From contig OX597840.1 of assembly GCA_951406725.2 (NCBI GenBank), forward strand, positions 5,704,001-5,768,000: 64,000 bases of DNA, given 5' to 3'. Source of the stretch: Octopus vulgaris (lineage: Eukaryota). Position 1 is the stretch's first letter. Each line of letters opens with the position of its first letter. The position numbers and the translations under genes were made by a program. The notes below the pieces were generated by a model that searched no databases, was not told the DNA's origin, and worked only from the letters and a program-made list of their open reading frames with translations. This document shows positions 33,640 through 47,149 of this stretch, piece after piece.

Positions 33640-34380
33640 ATGTGCGTTTGCTTCTGGTGCGAAAAAGTACTGTCGGTAAAACAGGTTAAATGTCCAGCCA
33701 TGCCAAATCGCCAGTGTCCAAGCAGCTGCGCTAGTTCTTCAATGGACCTTTTCCTTGTTGGTCAGCATTACTTCCGTCTTCCCTGGGGCGCCCATCGACG
33801 GTTTGCGTTATCATGTCAGCAACAGTCTGAACCGCTTTTTCCCGGGTTTCCAACATGGTCCTCACATCTCATGTTTCCAGCCATGCGATATGCCCCTTGG
33901 TGAGAGAGCATTGGTCTACATCGTAGCTTCCTTTCTGCTTTCACTATGTTGTTTTATATGCAGTCTCTGAGGACTTACCTTATCCTATCGCAACTGGTTT
34001 CATATCTTCTCTTGTTGGCGTTTCAATTTTTTGAAATAGGAAAGAGATTCGTATAGAATCCATTACACACACATTAACACAAACACAAGCGTAGGAGCAC
34101 ACTGCCCGCAATCAATCTTTGCACAAACCTTTTTAGGTGCTGAAAACTGACACCCAGCAAAACTTTTGAAACTTCTTGTCAAGTTCACAACTTTTGAGCA
34201 GCTACAATCAATTGTGGACACAATGAAAGTTCGGTGTATAAATGTGTGTTGCATGCAAGAGATAAGATGGAGCGGAACCTCTTTAGTAGAAAATTGATAG
34301 TGCAGGACTGTAAACCTACACCTGCCACTCCTCCTTTTTCTTAACCGGGCTCAAGACCGGCTGTGATTGAGTTCAAAGAT
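33640..34380 (-). mobile_element. Internally deleted RTE with twister-like 5' UTR remnant
   Basis: 5' UTR GCCGGTCTTGAGCCCGGTTAA..GGAGGAG; ESRKEA; LET*DVRTMLET (endonuclease start) joined to RWAPQGRRK (C-terminus). Confidence 0.6.
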
Positions 34381-34911
34381 AACAACAAACCATAATAATT
34401 AACATTGATAATTAATATACACTTTATTTGTAATATCAATATAGATAATTTACAATCAATATTGCACTACGGTAACACAAACAACCGTGTTTCGTTTAGA
34501 TCATCACCATTATTATTATTATTATTATTATTATTGTAGTTGTTGTTGATGTTGTTGTTATTGTTTTGTTATCATTATTGCTTCTATTGTTCTATTATAA
34601 TACAGAAATAATTTTTATTAACTAGATATATTGATATTATTATTATTATTATCATTATTATTATTATTATTATTGCTATCATTTTTTTTAATTAAATGGT
34701 GATAATGTAAAACGTCAGATAAAAAAACAAAAAAAAATCTAATGATGATAATAATCCCAGAAAAATGAAGGGATTAAAAATAAATTAAAAATTGTACAAT
34801 CAACTTACAACAATAAGAAAAAGAAAGCATACGAATCTGTATAACTATTATATGCATTCATGCATATACATACATATATATACATACATATAAATATATA
34901 CATGTAATATA

Positions 34912-34950
<39 letters not shown>

Positions 34951-35062
34951 GTGTGTATATATATATATACACAAATAAATGCATGCATATATATCTATAT
35001 ATTTACACACGCACACACATACATACATACATACACGCATACATATATACATATATATATAC

Positions 35063-35125
<63 letters not shown>

Positions 35126-35306
35126 CATACAAACTTACATACATATATATATATTTAGCAGAAGTAACAGAGTGGTAACTCAAAGTGACTTGAGTCACTC
35201 TCTCGCTTCTGCTAAATATTAATAAAAATATACATATCTTGAATTCTATTTTTTCTTTTTGTATCAATACACCTGTATGTGTATATATATATATATATAT
35301 ATATGT

Positions 35307-35341
<35 letters not shown>

Positions 35342-35366
35342 CACACAAACATTTATATAATATACC

Positions 35367-35441
<75 letters not shown>

Positions 35442-35621
35442 CACCGAACATTGACTAAGGAAAATAGTCTAATATTGGGGCATATAGGCCCTCGACGGGA
35501 AAATGTAGGGTTTGCTGTACACATGGGTCTCAAACTCACATCTCTATATGTATATATATATATGTGTGTGTGTGTGTATGCATATATATATTATTTATAT
35601 TATTATATGTACATATATATA

Positions 35622-35671
<50 letters not shown>

Positions 35672-36169
35672 CACACACACACATATTCTTTTATACTTTC
35701 ATGCTTTTCAGCCCTAAGGCTCTGGCCATGCTGGAGCACCGCCTGTAGACTAAATATATATTTTTGTATGTGTATATTTATACATGTGTGTGTATGTGCG
35801 TTTGTAAACAAGTTTGTGTGAGGGTGTGTGTGTGTGTGTTAGGGCGTGAGTGTGTGAGGATGTATGAGTATGTGAGTGTGTGTGTGTGTGTCGATAAAAC
35901 TCCGTTACACAGCCCAGTATACTTTGCAGAACTTCATATACCTATACAGGAAGTGATATGGGCCTATATGTCACCCACCCAACACACACAAAGAGGTCTA
36001 ATAGTAGTATTATTGGTTGTAGTAGTAGTAATAGTAGTAGAGGCACAAAAGTTGTGGAAGTAATAGTAAAAGTGGTGGTGGTGAGGGGTGCTAGTAGTAG
36101 TGTTAGCAGCAGTAGTAGTAGTTGTAGTAATGGTAGTAACACTAATTGTTGATGTAGTAGTACTCGTAG

Positions 36170-36548
36170 TAGATGGATATGCTTTTGATTATTCTCTTGA
36201 ATGTAGATTTATGGTGGTTAGATTCTGTGTTGATGTACTTAAGGTGTTGATTGGGTTTATGATGTGAGAAGTAAAGTGAGAAGTTTAAATCCAAGGTAAT
36301 GTCTAGAAAGTTTGCTGTTTTGTAAGAGTTTTCAAAAGACATAAATAGATTAAAGTTGGCAAAAAATTAAAAAGTTTTCTAGTTTTTTTCTAATGCAGAT
36401 TTTGTTAGGCCTATTGTAATTAACAATGCATCATCTCTATATGAACCGCTTTTGATGTTGGAGAAGTGTGTGTGGAGCTCTTGAAGGAGGTACAGTCCGA
36501 CTAGGTCCGTGACCTGAGCAGAGTCGGATGAGCCCATGGTTATTTTGA
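36170..36548 (-). pseudogene. Penelope-like (Neptune-type) RT fragment
   Basis: ITMGSSDSAQVTDLVGLYLL, YRDDALL, NFLDITLDLN, HKPNQHLKYINTESNH. Confidence 0.85.
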
Positions 36549-36865
36549 GAATCCCAGAAACAGCTGTAAGACTTTAAATTTTTTAAATAATAATAACGTT
36601 ATGATTTGAGATGTTTCTCTTGCCTAAGAGTTTGTTCTCCTCTTTAACAAATACATATCCGCTATATCGGAAATCTACACTGGTTTCATAACTCCCGTCT
36701 CGACTATGAGCTTGGAGCCCTAGTAATCCGTTACAGCACTTACCCACTGTACCTAGTCGTTTAGATCACCTGTGAACTACACCATAGTTGTGTGTGTGTA
36801 TATATGTATGTGTGTGTATATATATATATGTATGTGTGTGTGTATCTGTTTATATTAACGTGGAA

Positions 36866-37087
36866 TCAGTTGTCTAAGAATTGTGATGATTCTCGTAGAA
36901 TTTTCAACCAAACTGACGTCGGAACATTTCGGCATCCACGGTAAGAATCTAGTTCCCACGATCGAAACGGTAATGCCAGATTACAAGGTGCTCCGAAGAT
37001 GTTTTTGGGGATTCTCTGTTCTTCAGTTTCACTTTGTTTTCCCTCCGTGAATTCCGGTGTCGATCCTGTAATGACTTTCTTACTTTC
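36866..37087 (-). CDS. Host gene, last coding exon (ESKKVITGSTP...FGAPCNL...GCRNVPTSVW...stop)
   Basis: Acceptor TTTTGTCATCGTCAG; 222 nt, phase 0, ends in TGA; continues the frame of the exon at 41745-41999. Confidence 0.85.
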   Translation of the reverse strand, partial: ESKKVITGSTPEFTEGKQSETEEQRIPKNIFGAPCNLALPFRSWELDSYRGCRNVPTSVWLKILRESSQFLDN

Positions 37088-37453
37088 CTGACGATGACAA
37101 AACAAAGAAATAAATCCGTTATATGCAACAGAAGCAGTGATTAGATTAAAACAGCTATTTATGTATCATATTAAATGTAAATACATCATGACAGGCAATA
37201 TTTACTACGATATTCGTTCAGATATGCTATCTCTTATGAATGAGGTGTATTTAAAATTGTCATTCCATCGGTTAGAACGGCAATTGTTACAGTGGAACAG
37301 CCAGCTCGTGATACTGACGTGCATATGGCTGAATATTCCACAGACATGCGTGCCATTAGCATAGGTCTCAAAAAGATTCAGAGAGACACAGAGTGTAACA
37401 AGGCTGGCACTTTGAATTACAAGTGTTCATACATACATACATACATACATATA

Positions 37454-38717
37454 TCAAGTCATCCCATAAGTCCTATCCGATTTTACCTTTTTTAAAACTG
37501 AATGAAATTTAATAGTATTTTAGAATGTCTAATGGAATTAAAAATTATTTTTATGCATTTGTGTACATTTAAACTAATTAAATATTATTTTACAGAATAA
37601 TAGAATTAAAATTTCTTTGCTTTAAACCCTTTTTAACATGGAAGTATCCAAAGAGCATTTGAGGCACATAATGCTTTATGAGTAAAAAAAAGGAAACTCT
37701 GCAGCTGAAATGACTCGAAACATACACTCAGTTTATGGGATAGAATGCTTGAATGAAAGAACTTGCAGAAGATGGTTTGCAAAATTCAGAAGTGGAGATT
37801 TCAGCTTTGAAGATGAAGATCGAACAAGATGTCCAGTTGAGTTTGATGATAAACTCCTTGAGGCATTACTTGAAAAAATCCTGCATTATCAGTTGAAGAA
37901 TTGGCAATAGAGCTTAGTTCAAACAATACAACTGTTCATCGTCATCTTCAACAACTTGGAAAGGTTCCTAAACTTGGAAAATGGGTGCTTCATGAATTGT
38001 CCAAAAGCAACAGCAAATTCCAAGTTGACATCTACTCTTCTCTCCATTCTCGCAACTCATTTCACCCTTTTTGGATAAACTTGTGACTGATGACGAAAAA
38101 TGGATCTTCTATCAAAACGTTGTAAACAGTGGTTTGGTAAAAGGGAAAAAGCTCAACCACAACCGAGAAGGGAATTTCATGGGAAATAGGTTCTTCTCTC
38201 TATCTGGTGGGATTGCAAAGGAGTAATTCACTTTGAATTGTTACCACCTAATGCAACAATCAATGCTTAAGTCTATTGTCAACAATTAGAGTGTCTGAAC
38301 CAAGCTTTGAAGAAAAAAAGACCCACTTTAGTGAATCGAAAAGGAGTGATGTGTCATCAGGACAATGTGCGACCCCACGCTGCAAAGATCACATCACAGA
38401 AGATTGAAGAGTTTGGTTGGGAAAAATTCCTCATCCACCTTATTCTCCTGATCTTGCTCCTTCAGACTACCATTTGTTTCATAGTTTCCAAAATAATTTG
38501 GGAGACATAACTTTGGCAAGCCAGGAGGAGGTCGAAACTGACATTTCAGAGTTCTTCGCTTTGAGACCAAAAGAGATTTACATTGATGGGATTAAAAAGC
38601 TTGTAAGTAAATGGAAGGAAGTCATAGATAATCAGGGAAAGTACATTGATGATTAAATTTCAATTAAATATAACATTTGATCACTTGTTTTCTTTATTCA
38701 AAATTCGGATGACCTGA
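37454..38717 (+). mobile_element. Mariner (DD34D) element, transposase pseudogene 37638-38656
   Basis: WFAKFRSG, WVLHEL, TDDEKW, HQDNVRPH, HPPYSPDLAPSDYHLF; TA-flanked TIRs, right TIR partly deleted; stops and frameshifts. Confidence 0.95.
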
Positions 38718-39319
38718 TATATATATAAATATATATAGGGGTAAAATATGAAAAATCAACGAAAATGCATATTGCAAATAGAAAAAGGCTATTTATGACA
38801 GGTAACGACAAATATATACATTTAGATTGACTGAGGTAGTAATATGAGTCATAAAAGTCATTATTATGAGATGATTATAAGATGATAATAAAGTAAGAGA
38901 ACAAAACGGACCAAGGTTTACGCAAAGCTATTCATCGTTTGAACCAGATAATTAAGGTGGCTAGACAATTCAAAACCAGAGAGGAAAGACTGTTCTAAAT
39001 ATCGTCAATTGTAAATAATGTACAAAAAGGAAAGAATTCATCATACCCCCAATACCCACAGTTTACACAGGTAGAGTAGAATTGTTAGTGGGCTGTTATG
39101 TAGATAGATGCAAGTGTGCAGGGGTGTATGTATAAATATATATATGTATATGCACATGTATGTAAGCGTATGGATATGAAAATATACAGATCAACATACA
39201 GATGGATAGGTACATAGGTTATACGAGCAGACAAGCACACAGATGCAAATGAAGACTGAAACACATGACCATATATATATATACACACACACTTTACTTC
39301 ACACAAGGACACACATGGA

Positions 39320-40312
39320 GATGCACATCCATACATATGCACACTCATATATACATGCATATATACATACATACATACGCACACTCACATATACATGCAT
39401 ACATACATACATGCATACATACATACGCACACTCACATATACATGCATACATACATACATACATGCATGCATACATACATACATACATATGCACACACAT
39501 ATACATGCATACATACATATGCATACATACATACATACATGCATACATACATGCATGCATACATACATACATGCATGCATACATACATGCATACATACAT
39601 ATGCACACTCATATATACATGCATACATACATACATGCATGCATACATACATACATATGCACACTCATATATACATGCATACATACATACATGCATACAT
39701 ACATACATACATACATACATACATACATACATACATACATACATACGTGTATAGACACACACACTGACCAACACACATGCGCACAAACAAACAAAATGGA
39801 ATGTAGTGTGAGTAACGGACAGAGTCAAAACTATTCTCCCCAGACGCAACAGAATATATATATATATATATATTATATTTATGTGTATGTATGTGTGTGT
39901 ATGTATGCGTGCATGTATGTATGTATGAATGTGTGTATGTATGTATGTATGTATGTATGCATGCATGTATGTGTGTATGTGTGTGTATGTATGCATGTAT
40001 GTATGTAAGTATGCATGCATATATGCATGTATGTATGTGTGTATGTATGTATGTGTGTATGCATGTGTGTATGTATGTGTGTGTATGTATGTGTCTATGT
40101 AAGTATGTATGTATGCATGCATATATGCATGTATGTATGTGTGTATGTATGCATGTATGCATGTATGCATGCATGCATGTATGTATGTATGTATGCATGT
40201 ATGTATGCATGTATGTATGCATGCATGCATGTATGTATGTATGCATGTATGTATGTATGTATGTATGCATGCATGTATGTATGTATGAATGTATGTATGA
40301 ATGCATGTATGT
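39320..40312. repeat. (CATA/CATG)n tract followed by its complement (TATG/TGCA)n
   Basis: Two ~430-bp tracts in opposite orientation about 130 bp apart. Confidence 0.93.
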
Positions 40313-40798
40313 ATAGAAAAGTCAGTAAATAAACAGTCGCTGGTGTTGCCGAGCTGAATAAAAATCGTTATCAGCAACAGAAGCAGCATTAGATAAAAAA
40401 AAATATTATTTTCCATACCATACTTATTCAAAATACAACACAAAACGGCAAATTAACTGCCTCTTGCTCAACAGCCTTAACCTCCAGCGAAACAGATTTC
40501 ATTTAACGAGGTACCTCTTATTACGTCACCTAACGATACGTACTCTTGTGCACCGAGAGATGCAACACAACTACTAATACAGTTTCCAACCTACGAGGGA
40601 TCGATGCAGGATGTGTCGAAACGATCGTCGTGAGCAATAAAGTTTCCTGTGTATTCCGCCTCTATCGTTTGTTTAATACTTGACGTACAGAGAGGATTTC
40701 TTGAGGCAGATCCAGCGATAATTGTGTAATAACTGTGAATGACGTCAGGTAGCCATAAACAGTGTTCATATACACGTGTGTATGTGTGTGTTTATGTG

Positions 40799-40866
<68 letters not shown>

Positions 40867-40941
40867 AAATATTAGGGAATAAATCCAAATTTACAGGGAA
40901 AAATCAGATTTAGGACTGAATCCAATTTTATAGTAAAATAT

Positions 40942-41142
40942 TATATAATATTAATTAGAGAAAAAACCACTATTTTGCAAATCAAACAAAGAAAGACTTA
41001 ATCCAATACATAAAAAATTTTATATAAATTAAATAAAATTAAATAAAATAAAATTTTATTTTATTTAATTTATATAAAATTTTTTGTGTATTGGATTAAG
41101 TCTTTCTTTGTTTGATTTGCATAATAGTGGTTTTGTCTCTAA

Positions 41143-41155
<13 letters not shown>
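40942..41155. repeat. TA-embedded palindrome, ~100-bp arms
   Basis: TATAATATTAATTAGAG...CTCTAATTAATATTATA; unique extension on the left to ~40870. Confidence 0.88.
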
Positions 41156-41198
<43 letters not shown>

Positions 41199-41308
41199 TC
41201 CTTTACTCTTTTACTTGTTTCAGTCATTTGACTGTGGCCATGTTGGAGCACCACCGTTAGTTGAGCAAATCAACCCCAGGACTTATTCTTTGTAAGTCCA
41301 GTACTTAT

Positions 41309-41631
41309 TAGCCGTGTGTTGAAAGGAATTCTTAGAGGTTTGGATAATTCACCTTTGGAAACATGGGTGTTTCGTTCTACATCCTTAAACAACCTTTATT
41401 CAGGGACCTTTTGAGCAGAATGGGTAACTCAACCAGAAGAAAATTCTAACTGGGCACCACCTGCAAGGTCATGTGCTGTTTATCTTGATACAAGATCACC
41501 ATATCGTGCACATATGGTTGTGATGCATGTGCCTAGTGTACCCTTATCAGACGGGTAGTCATGATGGGTATACTGGGCTTCATATAGTTTACCCCAGTGT
41601 CACTTTGATGGCATGCACTGCTTTCTCACTC
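41309..41631 (+). mobile_element. Family T, 5'-truncated
   Basis: Reverse complement of ~1202-1522; ends in (AAT)n. Confidence 0.88.
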
Positions 41632-41632
41632 G

Positions 41633-41687
<55 letters not shown>

Positions 41688-41744
41688 TAATAATGATAAT
41701 AGTAATAATAATGATAAGAAGAAGAAGAAGAAGAAACTACTCAC

Positions 41745-41999
41745 CTCAAGAACCTGTGGTAGGCATGTGTGAGTATGATTATAGGATGCAATAAAGTCTG
41801 TGAAATTTCTTCCGAACGAATATTCGGTAGCTTGGGAACTGGCCAGCACCTGGACATTGGGATGATCCCCGGAGTCTCGGAAAGCATCGGCTATATGTCC
41901 AGCATGGCTTTGGTCAACTATCAGAAATACTGATTCAGCAGAGCAGTGTTTCAAATCCTTCTTTAGTTCCCCCAGTTTGTAGCGTTCGTTTTCTTCGGC
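41745..41999 (-). CDS. Host gene internal exon (AEENERYKLGELKKDLKHCSAESVFLIVDQSHAG...CLPQVLE)
   Basis: Acceptor TTTTGTATCATAG, donor GAG|GTGAGT; 255 nt, phase 0-0, no stops. Confidence 0.88.
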
Positions 42000-42032
42000 C
42001 TATGATACAAAAATAAGCATATATGTACGTAC

Positions 42033-42063
<31 letters not shown>

Positions 42064-42083
42064 TGTATGTATGTATGTATGCA

Positions 42084-42904
42084 TTAGGTTGTCCGGAAAG
42101 TTCATGCCGATTTTTAAAGGAAAGAAAAAGGTCAATAAATACTTGCCATTACATTTTTAATCAACCATCAACCAAATATGAACCATTTTGTAGCAAAATG
42201 CGTCTCCATCTTTCCTTTCACTTGAAAATACCCTCTTCCCAGAATTGTGGTAGTTTCATGGCAAAGAATTCATCAAGGTATCTTTTTACATAATCCAAGG
42301 AATTGAAATTTTTACCATTAAGACTATTCTGCAGAAACCTGAATAAGTGGAAATCCGAAGGAGCAATATCTGGTGAATATGGAGGGTGGGGTAACACATC
42401 CCAGCCAAGCTGCAGCAATTTTTGTCTGGTTCCCAAAGCATCAAGTGTCGAAAACTAACTTTCTTATCTTCCATTTTAAAGGGTTACAGAATTAACACAG
42501 GTTATAGGAACATAAACCTATCTTTTTACTGCCCACAAGGGGCTATACACAGAGGGGACAAACAAGGACAGACAAACGGGGTAAGTCGATTATTTCGACC
42601 CCAGTGCGTAACTGGTACTTATTTAATCGACCCCGAAAGGATGAAAGGCAAAGTCGACCTCGGCGGAATTTGAACTCAGAATGTAACGGCAGACGAAATA
42701 CGTCTACGCATTTCGCCCGGCGTGCTAACATTTCTGCCAGCTCTCCGCCTTATAGGAACATAAACCTTCTTCCACAAAAAGATAGCTTAAACTGTGCTCT
42801 AAATGGAGGTGTAGTGAAATCCTATTTTATGGACTCAACCATGTCCTAAAATAAGTGGAAATGTAAGCTGCTATAAATCGGCACAAACTTTCCGGACAAA
42901 CCAA
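42084..42904 (-). mobile_element. Internally deleted mariner with both TIRs and a nested SINE-B (~42520-42749)
   Basis: TIRs TTAGGTTGTCCGGAAAGTT / AACTTTCCGGACAAACCAA; MEDKKVSFRHLML fused to the HPPYSPDIAPSDFHLF region; SINE TSD TTATAGGAACATAAACCT at 42502-42519 and 42750-42767. Confidence 0.93.
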
Positions 42905-43258
42905 TATATATACATAAGCAAAACAGGTATGGTATTCAATGCTTTATAAGACATACATATGTTTAACCAAAATAGTGAAATAGTTTCATGATAGTCATAG
43001 AAGCCTCGTGTAATCATGCACATCATCATTCAGTGTCTCGCAATATACATAATTTAATATACATGGAATTGAAATTCACGCTACTATAAGTTTCAAGCTG
43101 AGAAAATACAATGGTCGGACATTCATGAAACTAATATAAGCTGGAATATAAATCCTGTGTATAGTACATGACATTTATCCCTCCTTGGATGGAGTATTTT
43201 TTGAGAACCCCACCAATAACAGAAGAGTAGGTTATATACGTGTGTGTGTCTGTGCGCG

Positions 43259-43292
<34 letters not shown>

Positions 43293-43348
43293 GTGAGAAT
43301 CCACACCCCCCACCAAAAAAAAAAAAAACGAAGACGTATGTATTAGTT

Positions 43349-43519
43349 TAGCACTCGGGAAGTGAGAAAGTCTTTTACGTTTCGAGCCTAAGCTCTTTGA
43401 CAGAAAGGAACACAGAAATAAACCTTTTTCTATTTTCTCTCACTGTTTATTTCTGTGTTCCTTTCTGTCAAAGAGCTTAGGCTCGAAACGTAAAAGACTT
43501 TTTCACTTCTCGAGCGCTA
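43349..43519. mobile_element. Fold-back with a degenerate minimal hammerhead in each arm
   Basis: 43461-43496: CTTT-CTGTCAA-A-GAGC-TTAG-GCTC-GAAACGTA-AAAG. Confidence 0.7.
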
Positions 43520-43598
43520 TATATATATATATAATGTATACATATACACACACTCACACACACAGTATATATATATAAATATATATATATAATGTATA

Positions 43599-43989
43599 GG
43601 CGCAGGAGTGGCTGTGTAGTAAGACACTTGCTTCCCAACCGCATAGTTCCGGTTTCAGTCTCACTGCGTGGCACCTTGGGCAAGTGTCTTCTAATATAGA
43701 CTCGGACCGATCAAAGTTTTGTGAGTGGATTTGGTAGACGGAAACTGAAAGAAGCCCGTCGTATATATATATAATTGTATTTGTGTATCTGTGTTTGCTG
43801 CCTCACCATCACTTGACAACCATTGTTGGTGTGTTTACACCCCCGTAACTTAGCAGTTCGGCAAAAGACACTGATGGATAAGTACTAGGCTTAGAAAGAA
43901 TAAGTCCTAGGGTCGAAATGTTCGACTAAAGGTGGTGCTCCAGCATGGCCGCTGTCAAATGACTGAAACCAGTAAAAGAATAAAAGAAT
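43599..43989 (+). mobile_element. SINE-A, diverged full length
   Basis: Family match. Confidence 0.92.
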
Positions 43990-44028
43990 ATATATATATG
44001 TACATATATCTATATACGTATATAATCA

Positions 44029-44071
<43 letters not shown>

Positions 44072-44338
44072 AGATTTGTGACTATTCGGTGGTACACAAG
44101 TATTTTTTGACTTCTTTCTTTAGCGATATAGGTACTCATGTGTATATATGTACATATCTTATATTGTATGTATATATTTTATTAATTTGCCTGTACGCCT
44201 GATATATATATACATATATATATATATGTATAGAAATACAATAAGTGGCTTCAAAATAAGGAAGCGTTCTGCTAGAACACAAAAAAGGGATAAACTCATG
44301 AAAGGAATGAAAATTAAAAACATTTTCCATCTCAACTA

Positions 44339-44413
44339 TATCCCAGACCAAACGGTTTCTAACTATTTCCAGCAAAAACATATTTGCTGAAGGCCAGTTT
44401 CTTCAGTGGGATA
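44339..44413 (-). ncRNA. Type I hammerhead ribozyme, intronic and sense to the host gene
   Basis: TATCCCA-CTGAAGA-AACT..TTCAGCAAA/TTTGCTGGA..AGTT-A-GAAACC-GTTT-GGTC-TGGGATA: perfect 7-bp stem I, GUC site, one extra A before GAAA. Confidence 0.75.
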
Positions 44414-45305
44414 GCCTTCATAATCCTGATGCACAGACTGTTAGAATCACATCTAGATCTAACGGTTTGTATATCCTAACTTTTCAAACCTCTGCGCAGA
44501 CGCAAATCATACCTGGCGACAGAGAGGATGCCGGTAAAAAATTTACGAACAAATTCATCAAACGATATTTAAACAAATTTTCGTTGTGTCTTGTTACCTT
44601 TTCAGTATTCGTTATATATATATATCCCTCTCTCTCTCTTTCGGAGAGGCACAAGCACCTATGCGTACATATACACACACGGCAGTAACTTCCGCCAGCC
44701 GAATTCAATCACAAAGCTTCGGTCGGCTCGGGGCTATAGTGGAAGACACCTACCCAAAGTGCCACGCAGTGGGACTGAACCTGAAACCATGTAGCCAGGA
44801 AGCAAGCTCCCTAACCACACCGCCATGCCCATATATATATATAACGACTACTGAAAAGGTAACAAGATGCAACGAAAATTTTAGAAAAAATAAGTAAATT
44901 AGTGGAAATGGAACAGGTGGGAGTGTTAAGTAATAAGACACTAAAAGAGAACGATTCTCTGCAGACATAATACAATATGCTTCAACACACGAATTCACAT
45001 AAAGAATCTTGCAAACCAAATCTAAAAACGAAATTTATATATATATATATATGAGACCAAAGTGTACGTACGCCGCTATATTTTTGTATATATAAAATAA
45101 AAAGATGGGACAATTACGGAAAACACCCAGGCAGTTAGGTGATTCAAAAAAGGGACAACAAAACATCCAGACTGATGATACAAAGAAAGCATGGGCGGGT
45201 CATTCGGAGTTTTCTTTCCTCGGTCAAGTTTCAGATTATCTTTGCAATTTTGGCTGGTTATACTCGAGATTGCTTCAGTCTGTCCAGTCCCAAGGAAAAA
45301 CTATG

Positions 45306-45429
<124 letters not shown>

Positions 45430-45529
45430 ATTTATATTCTTTTATTTGTTTCAGTCATTTATTCTTTGTAAACCTACTACTTACTCTATTGGTTTCTCTT
45501 GCCGAACCACTAGGTTACAGAGTAGTCAC

Positions 45530-45742
45530 ATCCTGAACCCTTCACAGGAGATTTAATTTTGTTTTGAAGACACTTTCCCACTATGTCTGTCAGGCATTTT
45601 GGAAGGACACTGAAGAGCTGTGAACCCTTGAAACCCAAGCTGTTGCAGTATCTGATCCTGTATTTTGATGGTGTTGCTGGGATCTTTGGCACTATACAGT
45701 GGCTTCTGATGGTTGTGTAACTTTCAATCTCAAAGTATGGTA
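45530..45742 (-). mobile_element. Old CR1 C-terminal fragment
   Basis: HCIVPKIPATPSKYRIRYCNSLGFKGSQLFSVLPKCL. Confidence 0.85.
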
Positions 45743-45971
45743 TACACACACATACACAGATGTATATGCATACATACACACACACACACACACACATATA
45801 TATATGTGTATATATATATATATACACACATATATATATATATATACACGTCTATATGTATATATACGTATACATGTATATATGCATATATACTTATACA
45901 TACATATACATACTACAAACGTGTGTGTGTGTGTGTGCGTGCGTGCGTGCATTGTTGTGTGTGTGTACTGG

Positions 45972-46281
45972 GAGGAATTCTCTAGGGTTTGAATAATTCA
46001 TCTCTGAAAACATGGGTGTTTTGTTCAACATCCTTAACCGACCCTTATTTAGGGACCTTTTGAGTGGAATGTACTACTCGTCCTGAAGAAAATTCTATAT
46101 AGGCCCCACCTGAAAGCTCATGCGCTGTTTATCTTGATATGAGATTACCATGTTGCGCACATATGGTTGTGATGCATGTGCCTGGTGTACCCTTATCAGA
46201 TGGGTCGTGATGATGGGTATATTAGGCTTTGTATATTTGTACCCCAGTGTCACTTTGATGGCACGCACTGCTCTCTCACTC

Positions 46282-46335
<54 letters not shown>

Positions 46336-46416
46336 CAGATGGGTATTCATGATGGGTATATTAGGCTTTGTATATTTGTACCCCAGTGTCACTTTGATGG
46401 CATGCACTGCTCCCTC
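45972..46416 (+). mobile_element. Family T, truncated, with its 3' ~80 bp re-duplicated after (AAT)n
   Basis: 46335-46416 repeats ~46197-46281. Confidence 0.87.
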
Positions 46417-46483
<67 letters not shown>

Positions 46484-46491
46484 GTAACAAC

Positions 46492-46521
<30 letters not shown>

Positions 46522-46524
<3 letters not shown>

Positions 46525-46645
46525 CCAAATATATGGCACACTAGGCATAACAACAATACGAACTTCCAACCTGTTGTCTCTTGAGGTCTCTGGGTGAGAC
46601 TTGGAGCCAACTTGTACAAATATAAAGCAAAAGTCAAACATAGAA
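46522..46645 (+). mobile_element. Retroelement 3' tip with (AAT)n tail, possibly R4/Dong 3' UTR
   Basis: Longer copy at ~57196-57355 and a 19-bp reverse tip at ~47471-47489, all abutting (AAT)n. Clade assignment is a guess. Confidence 0.5.
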
Positions 46646-46738
46646 TAATAATAATGAGAAGAACAACAACAGTAATAATAATAATAGCCATGACAATGGT
46701 ATTAAGAAAGAATAGGTATATCAATAAAGAAGACTGAC

Positions 46739-46917
46739 CATTCCATTTCCATTGATGTCCCAGAGAAGAGCAGTTCCATCAGCTTTGGTTGGACTATTCA
46801 TGTAGAACACCAGACTGTCCACACATTTCGCTGTTGAACACAGGTTTCGGATGTAGTTCCGCAGCGCAAGTTTCATAACGGAGGGATAAACAATGTGACC
46901 CTTTTCCGTCTTCTCGG
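46739..46917 (-). CDS. Host gene internal exon (EKTEKGHIVYPSVMKLALRNYIRNLCSTAKCVDSLVFYMNSPTKADGTALLWDINGNGM)
   Basis: Pyrimidine-rich acceptor CTTTTCTTTTATTCTTTCCAAAAG, donor ATG|GTCAGT; 179 nt, phase 1-0. Confidence 0.88.
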
Positions 46918-47094
46918 CTTTTGGAAAGAATAAAAGAAAAGTTAAAGAACATGACAGAAAGAAAGAGCAAGAAATATATTGCTTTCCAAAATACTAAAAT
47001 GCTATGTTTCGTAAAAAAATCCATTGTCCCAGCATGGCCACAGCTTTAGGGCAGAAACGTATAAAAGAATTTATATGTGTGTGTGCATGTTTGT

Positions 47095-47149
<55 letters not shown>

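Noticed and set aside
36905-37030. Minus-strand CTGAAGA...GAAAT...GTC as a hammerhead
   Set aside because: Stems do not pair and the region is the last coding exon.
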